From: an uncultured Verrucomicrobiae bacterium
Lineage (GTDB): Bacteria; Verrucomicrobiota; Verrucomicrobiia; Opitutales; JABDGR01
Direction of reading: 5' to 3'
Assembly (NCBI GenBank): GCA_963765205.1
Contig: CAVXVB010000008.1
Location: 443,049-507,048, forward strand
DNA length: 64,000 nt
Below, one piece after another: positions 50,711-61,764 of this stretch. The position numbers and the translations under genes were made by a program. The notes beneath the pieces were generated by a model. It was not told where the DNA came from. It saw nothing but the letters and a program-made list of their open reading frames with translations, and searched no databases. Within the stretch, counting starts at the first letter, position 1. Each line of letters opens with the position of its first letter.

Positions 50711-51366
50711 CGATGCTGGAGATCGCCCGTGGGCCTGCCATGCAGGTTTCCATCCTGATCATGGTTGGCGGGATCGGCTGGCGCCTCGCCGGGATCCTGC
50801 TGCTGCGTCGCCGTCCGCAGCGTGCTGCACCACGCCATGGTTTTGTCCGCCGGATTTGCGGAGGGCTGTCGGCTATCCTGTCGCGTTTCATCCCGCGCCG
50901 CACGTTCCGCCGCGGAACAGCGGTCAGCGTCGTGCTGAGTGCGGTCTTTCATCTCGGCCTCGCGGTGGTCCTTTTTGGAGGGGCGCCGCACATTCTGCTG
51001 ATCCGGCAGATCACCGGCCTGACATGGCCCGGCCTCCCCAAGGGCATCGTTGTCATGGCCAGCGGTCTCACGTTGGCGAGCATGATCGCCCTGCTGGTCC
51101 GCCGCATGACCCATCCGGTGCTGCGTCTGCTTTCGACCGTGGACGACTATCTGAGCTGGCTGGTCGTGTTCCTGCCCGTCTTTACCGGCATATTGCTGTC
51201 GGGCGAAACCATCGGCGGGTATGCCACTCTGCTGAGCCTGCACATCCTGAGCGTGGAACTGCTGTTGGTCTGGCTGCCTTTCGGCAAGCTGATGCACGGG
51301 CTCTTGGTGTTCGCCGGGCGCGGCGCCATGGGCGTGACATTCGCCCGCAAAGGCGCAGCGACATGA
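50707..51366 (+). CDS. isp1: Isp1, NarI-like di-heme b membrane subunit
   Basis: Five TMs, FH..H, LHIL..E..PFGKLMH; located between the small and large subunits. Confidence 0.85.
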   Translation: MTMLEIARGPAMQVSILIMVGGIGWRLAGILLLRRRPQRAAPRHGFVRRICGGLSAILSRFIPRRTFRRGTAVSVVLSAVFHLGLAVVLFGGAPHILLIRQITGLTWPGLPKGIVVMASGLTLASMIALLVRRMTHPVLRLLSTVDDYLSWLVVFLPVFTGILLSGETIGGYATLLSLHILSVELLLVWLPFGKLMHGLLVFAGRGAMGVTFARKGAAT

Positions 51367-52665
51367 ACAGCCCGGTCGTGGCTCCCTCCCGCGCCGCGAC
51401 CGTGGACGATGCCGGGCGGGTCGACCAGGCGATGCGCGGCTTTCTCGCCGAGATTGGTTCGGGTGCGGCGCTCGCCATGGAGGCCTGCGTGCATTGTGGG
51501 CGCTGCGCGGAAGCCTGCCATTTCTACGTGCAGACAGGCGACCCGCGCTACACCCCGATCCACAAGATCGCACCGCTCAGGCAGGCCTATCAGCGCGAGG
51601 TTGGTCCCTTCGCGTTCGCCTACCGCCTGTTCGGCCTGACGCCGCGGGTGACGGCTGGCCAACTGGCAACCTGGCAGGATCTGATCTACGATTCCTGCAA
51701 TATGTGCGGACGGTGCTCGCTGATCTGTCCGATGGGAATTGACATAGCGGGTCTGGTCGAGCAGGCCCGGCATGGCATGTTCGACGCGGGGCTCGCGCCG
51801 GCCGACTATCTCGGCGTCCTCGCGGAAAAGGAACACGCGACCGGCAGTCCGTTCGGACTGACCAGGGCCCAGTTTCGCGACATGCTGCACCAGGTTGGCC
51901 GCACGCATGACGTGGTCATGCACGTGGATGAACCGCGGGCTGACATCGTGCCTACGGTGTCATCGGTCGACCTCAAGACATACCCGGCCTCGATGGCGGC
52001 GATCGCGAAGATACTGAACCACATGGGAGCCGCGTGGACGTTCCGTACGGACGGGTTCGACGCCGACAACGCCTCGTTGACCGCCGGCGACCGGGCCGGC
52101 CAGCGTGCGATCACCCTCTCCATTGTTCGCGCCGCCATGGAATGCGGCGCGGGCACCGTGGTGATGCCGGAATGCGGACACTCCTTCACTGAAATGCGGT
52201 GGGAGGCGGCAAACACCTTCGGCCGGTCCCTGCCGTTCAGGGTCCTGCAAATCACCGAACTTCTGGCCGAAGGACTAGCGGACGGGCGCATCCGCGTGAA
52301 CCGGGTCGCGCAGACCGCGACCTACCACGATGCCTGCCAGCTTTCGCGGCGCGGCGGCGCCACCGCCGCGCCGCGTGTCGTTTTGCATGCCCTCGGCATT
52401 GATGTGCGTGAGATGGCAGACTCGGGGAGATACAGGCTGGTGTTGCGGCGGCGGCGGCGGCGTTGCCCTCATCAAGCGCGCCCAGGCCCTGCGCGCGCAT
52501 GCCTTCGAGATCAAGCGCCGTCAGGTCGAGGCGACCGGAGCGGACACCATGTACACCAGCTGCTCCGGCTGTCGGCAGACCCTCGATCATGGCGGCAAGT
52601 CGGTGAACTGGACCACGACGGTCGCCAGCCTGCTCGAACTCGTCGCTGCCAATCTCAAGGACTGA
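51363..52665 (+). CDS. isp2: Isp2, HdrD/DsrK-like Fe-S protein (apparent frameshift near 52430)
   Basis: CVHCGRCAEAC, CNMCGRCSLICP, ECGH, YHDAC, then WCCGGGGG and SCSGC in the next frame. Confidence 0.85.
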
Positions 52666-52668
52666 GCC

Positions 52669-54408
52669 ATGACGAACCGGCGCGTCGTCGTCGATCCGCT
52701 GACCCGAATCGAAGGACATCTGCGCATCGAGGTGGAGATCGATGCCGGCGGAAACATCGTTCAGGCCCTTAGCGCCGGAACGCAGGTGCGTGGCATCGAG
52801 ATCATTCTGCGTGGACGCGACCCGCGCGACGCCTGGGCCTTTGCGCAACGCATTTGTGGCGTCTGCACGTTGGTCCATGGACTGGCCTCGGTGCGGGCGG
52901 TTGAAAATGCACTTGGCGTCGAGGTGCCGCCGAACGGCGAGCTGATCCGCGACCTGATGGCAGCGGCCCAGATGCTGCAGGACCATGTGATCCATTTCTA
53001 CCATTTGCAGGCGCTGGACTGGGTCAACCCGCTCCATGCACTGACGGCGGACCCGCGCGATTCGGCAGGGGCGGCCCAACGGCTCGGCTGCCGCGAAACC
53101 TCGGTCGATTTCTTCGCCGCGGCGCAGTCCCGGCTCAGATCGCTGGTGACATCCGGGCAACTCGGAATTTTCGCCAACGGCTGGTGGGACCATCCGGGTT
53201 ACCGGCTGCCGCCCGACATCGACCTTGTATCACTCTCGCACTACATCGAGGCACTGGCATGGCAGCGCCAAATCGGCGATGTGCTGACGATCTTTGGGGG
53301 AAAGAACCCGCATCCCAACGTAGCCGTCGGCGGGGCGCCGTGCGCGATCGCGGCCGACGGCAAACTTCCGGGCGGCGGCGATGCCACTGCAGTGACACTG
53401 TCCGCGCTGCTGCGGGTGCGCGAGCTGATCGAGGTGATGCGGGACTTTGTCGAGGGTGTCTATCTCCCCGACCTCATCGCGATCGGCAGCGCCTACAAGG
53501 ACTGGTTCACCCGCGGCGAGAACGTTCGCAATTTTATGACCTATGGCGAGTTCGGCCGCTCGGCAGGAGGCGGCGGCTTCGGCGTGCCGCGCGGCGCCGT
53601 CCTGGACCGCGACCTGTCGCGCATTCATCCCGTCGACCTGCAGGATCCTGACCAGATCCAGGAATGCGTGACGCATTCCTGGTATAAATACGGCAAAGGT
53701 CCGGATGCCGCGTTGCATCCCTATCAGGGCGAAACCACGCTGGACTATACGGGTCCGCCGCCGCCCTTCGAGCAGCTCGATTTCAGCGGCACCTATTCCT
53801 GGGTGAAGGCGCCGCGATGGCGCGGCAAGCCGATGGAGGTTGGGCCACTGGCTCGGCTGGTGTTGCTGCACGCCGCGGGGAATGCCCCTGCAATGGCGCT
53901 GACCACTGAGGTACTGCAACGGCTGCACTTGCCCTTCGAGGCAATCTTCTCGACCTTCGGACGCATCCTCGCTCGGGGTATCGAAAGCAAGCTGCTGGTC
54001 GACCGCATGGCGGGCTGGCACGCCATGCTGATGGCGAACATCGCCGCTGGCGACTGTCGAACTTTCAACAATGCGAAATGGGAGCCCGGCACCTGGCCTC
54101 AGCACAGCCGCGGCATCGGCACGGTGGAAGGCCCGCGCGGAGCGCTGGCGCACTGGATCATCATTGATGACGGTCTGATCACAAACTATCAGGCCGTCGT
54201 GCCGACAACCTGGAATGCCGGGCCCCTGGACGATCGCGGACAGCATGGCCCCTACGAAGCTGCGCTGATGGACCGCCACCGCCTGGTGCGCCCGGAGCAG
54301 CCCCTGGAGGTGCTGCGCACCATCCACAGTTTCGATCCGTGCATGGCCTGCGCCGCGCATGTCTTCGTGCCACACCGCGGTGAGGTAGCGCGGGTGAAAA
54401 TCTGCTGA
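52669..54408 (+). CDS. hynL: [NiFe]-hydrogenase large subunit (group 1, Isp-type)
   Basis: DPLTRIEGH, L1 RICGVC, L2 SFDPCMACAAH with a cleavable tail. Confidence 0.95.
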   Translation: MTNRRVVVDPLTRIEGHLRIEVEIDAGGNIVQALSAGTQVRGIEIILRGRDPRDAWAFAQRICGVCTLVHGLASVRAVENALGVEVPPNGELIRDLMAAAQMLQDHVIHFYHLQALDWVNPLHALTADPRDSAGAAQRLGCRETSVDFFAAAQSRLRSLVTSGQLGIFANGWWDHPGYRLPPDIDLVSLSHYIEALAWQRQIGDVLTIFGGKNPHPNVAVGGAPCAIAADGKLPGGGDATAVTLSALLRVRELIEVMRDFVEGVYLPDLIAIGSAYKDWFTRGENVRNFMTYGEFGRSAGGGGFGVPRGAVLDRDLSRIHPVDLQDPDQIQECVTHSWYKYGKGPDAALHPYQGETTLDYTGPPPPFEQLDFSGTYSWVKAPRWRGKPMEVGPLARLVLLHAAGNAPAMALTTEVLQRLHLPFEAIFSTFGRILARGIESKLLVDRMAGWHAMLMANIAAGDCRTFNNAKWEPGTWPQHSRGIGTVEGPRGALAHWIIIDDGLITNYQAVVPTTWNAGPLDDRGQHGPYEAALMDRHRLVRPEQPLEVLRTIHSFDPCMACAAHVFVPHRGEVARVKIC

Positions 54409-54578
54409 AGCGAGCACGCCGGACGAGGTGACGCTGAGTAGATTCCGAGTTTCCCGAAACGAGAGGTTCCACACCATTCTGGCACCTTGTTGCGAAATCG
54501 GACCGTGCTGACGCCCCAGCAGCCGAAGCGCGGGGACGGTCCGACGCGCGACCTTATCCAATCGATGGAGCGAAGCAG

Positions 54579-57231
54579 ATGGATACGAACGCGCCCGGCC
54601 CCGTAATGCCCTTCAATGCGACCGGGCAGAACCGCAGCCCGCCGAACAGCTACCCCATCCTGCGTCTGACCACGCAATATATCATCCCCGGCGTGATCCT
54701 CCTGCTGATCGCGATCAGCATGGTCACCGGTTACCTCGAGAAATGGCTGTGGATGGGCCAGCTCCATTACACTGGTATCTTCTGGACGATGTTCTCCGTC
54801 CAATGGACGATGTACGCCGCCTCGTTCGCCATCGTGTTCGCCTTCGTCTGGTTGAACCTGCGGCAGGCGCTGCTCAATGGGGGGGTTCCGGCCGGTCGCG
54901 GCCTGATGCCGCCCGCGCTGCGTCCGGCCAAGGCGGATGCCGAAGAGCTGGAACTCGACTCCGCACCTGCTGCACTCCGCCATTGTCATTGCCAGCCTTG
55001 CGCTCGCGTGGGTCGCTGCCAGCGCGTTCTTCGGTCAGTGGGACACCTGGCTGCGCTTCCGCTACGGCGGCGCGTTCGGCATATCCGATCCGCTGCATGG
55101 GATCGACGTCGGATTCTATGTGTTTCAATTACCCTTCTATCAGATGCTGCAGACCAGCGTGATGCTCCTCACCGTTCTGACCATCGGCGGCGTCGGCCTC
55201 GTCTACACGTACTTTCAGGCTGTCAGCCTCAGCCGGGGGAACCCAGGCGGTTTGAACGGACGCGCGACGTTGCATCTGTCGGTGCTGCTGTTGATCCTCG
55301 CCGCCACCTGGGGCGTCGGCCTGCTACTCGCCCACTACGAGCTCGTGTATTCGACCATGGGCGTCGTCTACGGCGCCGGCTACACTGCCGCTAATCTTAC
55401 CAACATCGCATTGTGGGGCATGGTCATCCTCTCGGTGATCGCCTGCGCACTGCTCGCGGTGAACGCGTTCCGGCCGCGCCTCAAGCCGATGCTGGTGGGC
55501 TGCGGAGGATTTATCGCAATCTACGCGGTCGCCGTCATGCTGGTCCCGACCCTGTTTCAGAAGTTCCTCGTCCAGCCCAGCGAGCTCGCCTACGAAACCC
55601 CGTACCTGAAGTCCTACATCGACTACACGAGACGCGCCTACGATCTCGCGAACGTGCAGGAAACGTCCTATCCGGCGCTCGCCGACCTTACGCCGGCGGT
55701 GATCGCGCGCAACCAGGACACGATCGAGAACATCCGACTGTGGGATGCCCGCCCGCTGCTGCAGATGTACCAGCAGACCCAGGCGATCCGGCTCTACTAC
55801 GAGTTCTACGATGTCGGCGTCGATCGCTACCGTCTCGCCGACGGCTACCATCAGGTGATGCTGGCGACGCGGGAACTCTCGCGCGAACTGCCCGCCGCGG
55901 CGCGGACCTGGGTGAACGAGTATCTGCAGTTCACACACGGTTACGGTCTCGTTATGAATCTGACATCCAAGACCGTCGGTGGCGGGTTCCCGCAATACCT
56001 CCTCGAAAACGTCCCCGCCACGTCAACCGCCGGCCTCAGCATCGCGCAGCCGGCGATTTATTACGGCAGGACGATGCCCGGCTACCGGATCGTCAGCACG
56101 GGGACCAAGGAGTTCGACTATCCGAAGGGCGACGACAACGTCTACACCAGCTACGCCGGATCCGGCGGCATTCCGCTCGACAGTTTCTGGCGCCGGGTGC
56201 TGTTCGCCTGGACGCAAGGGGACATCAACATCCTGCTGACCTCTTACATCGAGCCGCAGAGCAAGATCCAGATCTGGCGCAACATCCAGCAGCGCGTCAC
56301 CAAGATCGCACCGTTCCTGCAACTCGACGCGGAGCCTTATCCGGTGCTCAGCAACGGCCGGTTGTTCTGGATCCAGGACGCGTACACCACGTCCGACCAG
56401 TTTCCTTACGCCAACCCGCATCCCGCCGGCCTCGCTACCAACATCAACTACATCCGCAACTCGGTGAAGATCGTCGCCGACATGTATGACGGGTCGGTGC
56501 AGTTCTACACCATGGACCCACAGGACCCGATCCTCGCCGCATACAAACGCGCCTTTCCCGGTGTCTTCAACGATCTCGCCTCGCTTTCGCCAGACCTCAA
56601 GGCGCACCTGCGCTATCCTCAGGACCTGTTTGCGATCCAGGCGGACGAGTACAAGACGTTCCACATGACCGATCCCCAGGTATTCTACAACCGCGAGGAT
56701 CTTTGGGTCGCGCCGAACGAGACCTATGCCGGTCAGCAGGCGCCGATGGAGCCCTACTACATGTTGATGAAGCTACCGGGGAGCGACACGCTGGAATACC
56801 TGCTGATGACGCCGTTCACCCCGCAGGGCCGCAATAACATGATCTCGTGGATGGCCGCGCGGTCGGACTTCCCGGGTTACGGCTCGAAGCTGTTCTACCA
56901 GTTGCCGAAGGAAAAGCTGATCTACGGGCCGAACCAGATCGAGGCGATGATCGACCAGGACCCGACCATCTCGCAGCAGTTCACACTGTGGGACCAGTCG
57001 GGCTCCCACGTGATCCGCGGCAAGCTGATCGTGACACCGATCGAGAATGCGTTTCTCTACATCGTGCCGATCTACCTGCAATCGGCCGGCGAGAACTTCC
57101 CGCAGCTCAGGCGGGTGATCGCCGTCACCGGCGACAAGGTGGTGATGGAGCCGACGCTGGACGAGGCGATGGCCAACCTGTTCATCGCCCAGAAGCCGCT
57201 GGCAGTGTTCGGCAAGACGCCGGGCGGGTGA
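54579..57231 (+). CDS. UPF0182-family membrane protein (apparent frameshift near 54935)
   Basis: DPLHGIDVGFYVFQLP, NIRLWD, THGYG, NYIRNSVK, HLRYP, FYNRED.W. Confidence 0.9.
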
Positions 57232-57419
57232 AACGTCGGCCGGGCGGAAGCCCGGCCGCGTGAGCAGGTTCCGGAGATTCCTGCTCGGAGTGGGCAATGG
57301 GTAGCGGACATGTTCCGGACGGGCGATACATGGCAGTCGATCAGCATAGCCCGGCGGCGGGAAAGGGCCCGAGCCATGCAAGGCCATGTCGGGGCTTCAG
57401 TCCCGCCTCGTTCGGGTGT

Positions 57420-57815
57420 GGGGTTCTGGGCTCAAACCCTCGGAATTTTTGAAACCATTAAGATTCAACTGGTTAGGCTGATCCGGTTCAGGCTCGCCGC
57501 CACGATTGTGGGCTACTGAGCAGGCCATCCCGACCAACTTTCCCGAAAACGATGCTTGGCCAACGTCCGGCAGCGGCCTGCCTGCCGCGGTTTTCCGTGA
57601 TGGCGGCCCGGTGACTTTCCCGAAATCGGGCCTTTTAGGGAGAGTTTCTCCAGCTTTCTCCTCATCAAGGCGCTTTCGGCCCTATCAATCTCAACCGATG
57701 TGGGCGGCCGCTGGCGCTAGATCGCCCGTGATGGTCCCCGCGGCAGGCCCATTTTCGGCTACGCAATTGATTTCAAACACTTTCAAAAATTCCGAGGGTT
57801 TGAGCCCAGAACCCC
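57420..57815. mobile_element. Tn3-derived miniature element (TIME-like), 396 bp
   Basis: Perfect 35-bp IR GGGGTTCTGGGCTCAAACCCTCGGAATTTTTGAAA (57420-54 / 57781-815); left copy extends to TAAG; flanks GGTGT and ATTCT do not match. Confidence 0.85.
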
Positions 57816-57843
57816 ATTCTCTACAACAAAAGCTCCCAGCTCG

Positions 57844-58086
57844 GTGCTGAACGTCAAGGCGACATCGTTAGCGATGATGACGCTGCTGGCGCTCGGCACG
57901 TTCACCGCCGGGCTACAGGCGCGGGTCTGGCGAATTTGCGCGGTCGGCGGCATTCTGTTTCTTGCCGTGGTCGCCATGGGCTGGATCGAGCAGTCAATAC
58001 TGCTTCTGGTTGCCGCCGTCGTGGTTATCGTTGCAGTTGGCGGTCTCACCTGGTGGGTAGATCAGCGTCGCCACGGCGCCGTCTAG
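57844..58086 (+). pseudogene. Probable 5'-truncated membrane protein
   Basis: Three-TM hydrophobic ORF starting just after the Tn3-type IR, with no clear RBS. Confidence 0.45.
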
Positions 58087-58411
58087 CCCTTACCTTTACC
58101 CGCATCGTGGCAAAGCCCTGCGCTACTATAGAACGACATCATGTCGATCCGCAGCCGAGCGCCGAAAATGGCAGATTTTCCAAATGCCCGTTGCGAAAGC
58201 GGGCGTATGCTGCACCTGCGTTCCAAGGGGCTTCCCTCAGCTACGGCGCACAGATGGCTAGGCTAACATAATGATAAAATTGCATCTTTCTAGATATGGG
58301 TAAAGGTAAGCCGTCTAGCCTGCGGAAGCTGTCCCTGCACTGTCGGGCGTGGCGCTGAAGACGCTTCGGGCGCCAGTCCGACCCTCCACTCTCAAGCCAA
58401 GGACCATCACG

Positions 58412-58564
58412 ATGTTCAGGACCCTTTCGATCATCCTCGTCCTTCTCGCCCTGATTGCCATCGCGCCGTTGCTTGCTGCGTGCCACACGACCGCTGGCGC
58501 GGGCGAAGACATCTCCGCGACGGGCAAAGCCGTGACCCACGGTGCCGACCAGCTCACGCCGTAG
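58412..58564 (+). CDS. Entericidin A/B family lipoprotein
   Basis: Lipobox LAAC then HTTAGAGEDI..G.A. Confidence 0.85.
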   Translation: MFRTLSIILVLLALIAIAPLLAACHTTAGAGEDISATGKAVTHGADQLTP

Positions 58565-59018
58565 AAACACGGTGCATGGGTTGCTCCCGGCGCTGCCACG
58601 ACACCTCCGGCCTTCTTCCCACGCTTGCACTACGGCTACACTGCGCCTGCACAGCTCCGTGAGCGTCGTGTGGGCCAGTGCTCGGCCATCTGTGTTCATA
58701 GAGAGATCGATACCGCATGGCGGCAGTAGTGGCGACAGCTGTAGAAAATTTAAGTCGTTATGACTTGCGAATGTGAGATTAATTATTCAGCTCGAAAATT
58801 TTCCGCAGCACGGGAGGTAATCTGAGTAGTTTCCGACGCTGTTGAGCGGGCAAAGTCGGCCTTACGACTACATCCTGCAAAGTCTGGATACCACCGGAAC
58901 TGCCGTCAAGAAGTTATTTTGCCGTAATAAACTATGTCCCTTCGTTCCGCCACACCTAAGGGATTGAGGAAAGGCGGCGTTGTGCCGGTGGTCTCTTCCC
59001 ATCCGAAGGAACACGCGA

Positions 59019-60596
59019 ATGGCCAAGGTAATCTCGGCAAGCAACGCTGCGGCGATGATCAAGGATGGCGCAACCCTCGGCGCCAGCGCGCTCGGCCTGT
59101 CGGGCTGGCCCGAGGAAGTCGCGATTGCCATTGAGAAGCGCTTCTTGGCATCCGGTCACCCTGCCGGGCTCACTTTTGTCCACGCCTCCGGGATCGGCGA
59201 CTGGAAGACCAAAGGCCCCCAGCACTTCGCGCATCCTGGCCTGATCTCGCGCTGGATTGCAGCCCATGCCGGGCTGTCGCCGGACATGGCCAGGATGATC
59301 GCCGATGGCGGATTCGAGGCCTGGTGCCTGCCGCAAGGCGTGATCTCACAGTTGTGGCGCGAAATCGCTGCCCACCGACCCGGCCTGATCACCAAGACGG
59401 GCCTGACAACCTTCATCGATCCTCGCGTGGAGGGCGGCAAGCTGAACAAGGTCACCACCAAGGACCTCGTCAAGGTGATCGACTTTGAAGGTCAGGAATG
59501 GCTGTTCTTTGCAAGCTTCAGGGTCGATGTCGCCATCATCCGCGGCACCACCGCCGATGAGAAAGGCAACATGACCGTTGCCGACGAAGGCGCACTGCTG
59601 GAATGCCTGCCGCTGGCACAGGCGGCCAGGAACTGCGGCGGTATCGTTATCGCCGAGGTCGAATATCTGGCCAGGAACGGCAGTCTGCATCCCAAGTCGG
59701 TTCGCGTGCCTGGCGTTCTAATCGACCATGTCGTCCTCTCCGGTCCGGACAATCATTGGCAGTCGGCTGGCACACGGTTCAATCCCGCCTTCGCCGGCGC
59801 GATCCAGGTTCCCCTGGACGAGGTTCCGGCGATGGCCCTGAACGAACGGCTCATCATTGCCCGGCGGGCCGCGATGGAACTGGTGGAGGGATGCACCGTT
59901 AATCTCGGCATCGGTGTGCCGGAGGGCGTTGCCGCGGTTGCCGCCGAGGAAGGTGTCGGCGACAAGATTACGCTGACGACAGAGGTCGGCACGATTGGCG
60001 GCATCCCGGCGGGCGGCCATGATTTCGGCATGTCGCTCAACGCCGAGGCATTCGTCGAACAGCAGGTCCAGTTCGATTGGTATAACGGTGGCGGGCTGGA
60101 TCAGGCCTATCTGGGTGCGGCCCAGGTTGACCGCGACGGCAATGTCAACGTCAGTAAATTCAATGGGCAGTTTGTCGGCTGCGGCGGCTTCATCGACATC
60201 ACGCAACATGCGAAGAGGGTCATCTTCTGCGGTGCATTCACCGCGGGCGGCCTGAAGGTTTCCGTCGCGGACGGCAGGATTGCCATCCTGCGGGAAGGAA
60301 AAGCCAAGAAATACGTCAATACGGTCGAGCAGATCACCTTCAGCGGGGCTTACGCAACAAAAACTCGCCAGCCGGTGCTTTTCATAACCGAGCGTGCGGT
60401 GTTTGAGCTGCACGACGGTCAGTTAATCCTGACAGAGGTCGCGCCCGGCATCGATGTGGACAAGGATATTTTTGCCCAAATGGAATTCAAGCCGCGCACG
60501 TCGCCGGCGCTTCGCCCGATGCTCGCCGGGATTTTCCAACCCAGGTGGGGCGGCCTGAAGGCGGCCTTCGCGGCGAAGAATTCATCACCCGGCTAG
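59019..60596 (+). CDS. Acyl-CoA:acetate CoA-transferase (Pct/YdiF family)
   Basis: LPQG, TFIDPR, VNLGIG.P, TTEVG, GNVNVS, GGFIDI, VEQITF, TER. Confidence 0.9.
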   Translation: MAKVISASNAAAMIKDGATLGASALGLSGWPEEVAIAIEKRFLASGHPAGLTFVHASGIGDWKTKGPQHFAHPGLISRWIAAHAGLSPDMARMIADGGFEAWCLPQGVISQLWREIAAHRPGLITKTGLTTFIDPRVEGGKLNKVTTKDLVKVIDFEGQEWLFFASFRVDVAIIRGTTADEKGNMTVADEGALLECLPLAQAARNCGGIVIAEVEYLARNGSLHPKSVRVPGVLIDHVVLSGPDNHWQSAGTRFNPAFAGAIQVPLDEVPAMALNERLIIARRAAMELVEGCTVNLGIGVPEGVAAVAAEEGVGDKITLTTEVGTIGGIPAGGHDFGMSLNAEAFVEQQVQFDWYNGGGLDQAYLGAAQVDRDGNVNVSKFNGQFVGCGGFIDITQHAKRVIFCGAFTAGGLKVSVADGRIAILREGKAKKYVNTVEQITFSGAYATKTRQPVLFITERAVFELHDGQLILTEVAPGIDVDKDIFAQMEFKPRTSPALRPMLAGIFQPRWGGLKAAFAAKNSSPG

Positions 60597-60612
60597 GGAA
60601 AGGCAGGCAGTC

Positions 60613-61764
60613 ATGACCCCCGAGCAACAGGCGATACGGCAGGCGGCGAAGGAGTTCGTCGCCAAAAAAATTATTCCGCATGCGGCCGAATACGACAAAT
60701 CAGGAGAATTCCACGCCTACCTCCTGGAAGCCGCGAAGCCAAGCGGGATTTTCGCGATGGCGGTGCCGCAGGAATATGGCGGCCTTGGCTATGGCCCGCT
60801 AACCCAGGCACTGGTGCTGGAGGAATGGGGATACGGGTGTGCGGCAATGGGAACGACACTTTCGGCCAGTATACTGAGCATGGAAGCAGTCCTGACCGCC
60901 GGCAACGATGACCAGAAGCGCCGCTTTTGCAAGCCGATGCTCAGCGCCGGAATTGGTGCCTTCGCCTTGACGGAACCGGCGGCGGGCTCCGATGCCGGCG
61001 CGGGCGTGGCGACCGCGGTCAAGAGCGGGGGCGAATATATCCTGAACGGCCCGAAATGCTGGATCACCAATGGCGGGGAGGCCGCCGTCTACGTCGTCTT
61101 CGCCGCGACCGATCCGGCGCAAGGTGCGAAAGGCCTCAGCGCCTTCATCGTCGAGCGTGGGCTGCCCGGATTTATCATGGGCGATCGGGAAGAAAAGCTT
61201 GGTCTGCGCAGTTCCAACACGGTGTTTTTCTTTCTTAAGGATGTCCGCGTCCCCGTCGCCAATCTTCTCGGAAAGGAGGGGGAGGGCATGAAGATTGCCA
61301 TGGAAACACTCGATCTTGCCAGGCCTTCCATTGGCGCACTGGCGGTTGGCCTGGCCCAACGTTGTCTCGACGAGTGCGTGAAGCATCTGCGAAAGCGCTA
61401 CCCCGCCAAGTCTTACCCTGGCGAAACGCTTCAGTTTGACCTCGCGGACATGCAGATCGCGATCGAAGGTGCGCGGCAGGCCCAGCATCACACCATGTCG
61501 CTGCGGGAGGCGGGGAAGCCTTTCTCCATGGAATCGGCGATCGCCAAGACGCTGGGCACGGCGGTCGCGATGAGCGTCACATCGCAGGCAATGCGCCTGA
61601 TGGGATCGCACGCCTACACCTCGGAATTCGGCAAATTCATGCGCGATGCCAAGGTCATGCAGATATATGAGGGAACAAATCAAATCCAGCGCCTGGTGAT
61701 CGCGCGTTCGGTCCTCGCGCCGCCCAAGGCGCCGGCTCCAACAATGAAGGCGGCAGCGGAATGA
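60613..61764 (+). CDS. Acyl-CoA dehydrogenase, catalytic-type subunit
   Basis: FALTEP.AGSD, KCWITNG, RDAKVMQIYEGTNQIQR. Confidence 0.9.
   Translation: MTPEQQAIRQAAKEFVAKKIIPHAAEYDKSGEFHAYLLEAAKPSGIFAMAVPQEYGGLGYGPLTQALVLEEWGYGCAAMGTTLSASILSMEAVLTAGNDDQKRRFCKPMLSAGIGAFALTEPAAGSDAGAGVATAVKSGGEYILNGPKCWITNGGEAAVYVVFAATDPAQGAKGLSAFIVERGLPGFIMGDREEKLGLRSSNTVFFFLKDVRVPVANLLGKEGEGMKIAMETLDLARPSIGALAVGLAQRCLDECVKHLRKRYPAKSYPGETLQFDLADMQIAIEGARQAQHHTMSLREAGKPFSMESAIAKTLGTAVAMSVTSQAMRLMGSHAYTSEFGKFMRDAKVMQIYEGTNQIQRLVIARSVLAPPKAPAPTMKAAAE

Noticed and set aside
49243..52665. Programmed frameshifting or pseudogenisation of the hydrogenase operon
   Set aside because: No slippery sites evident; breaks match the window-wide indel-error pattern
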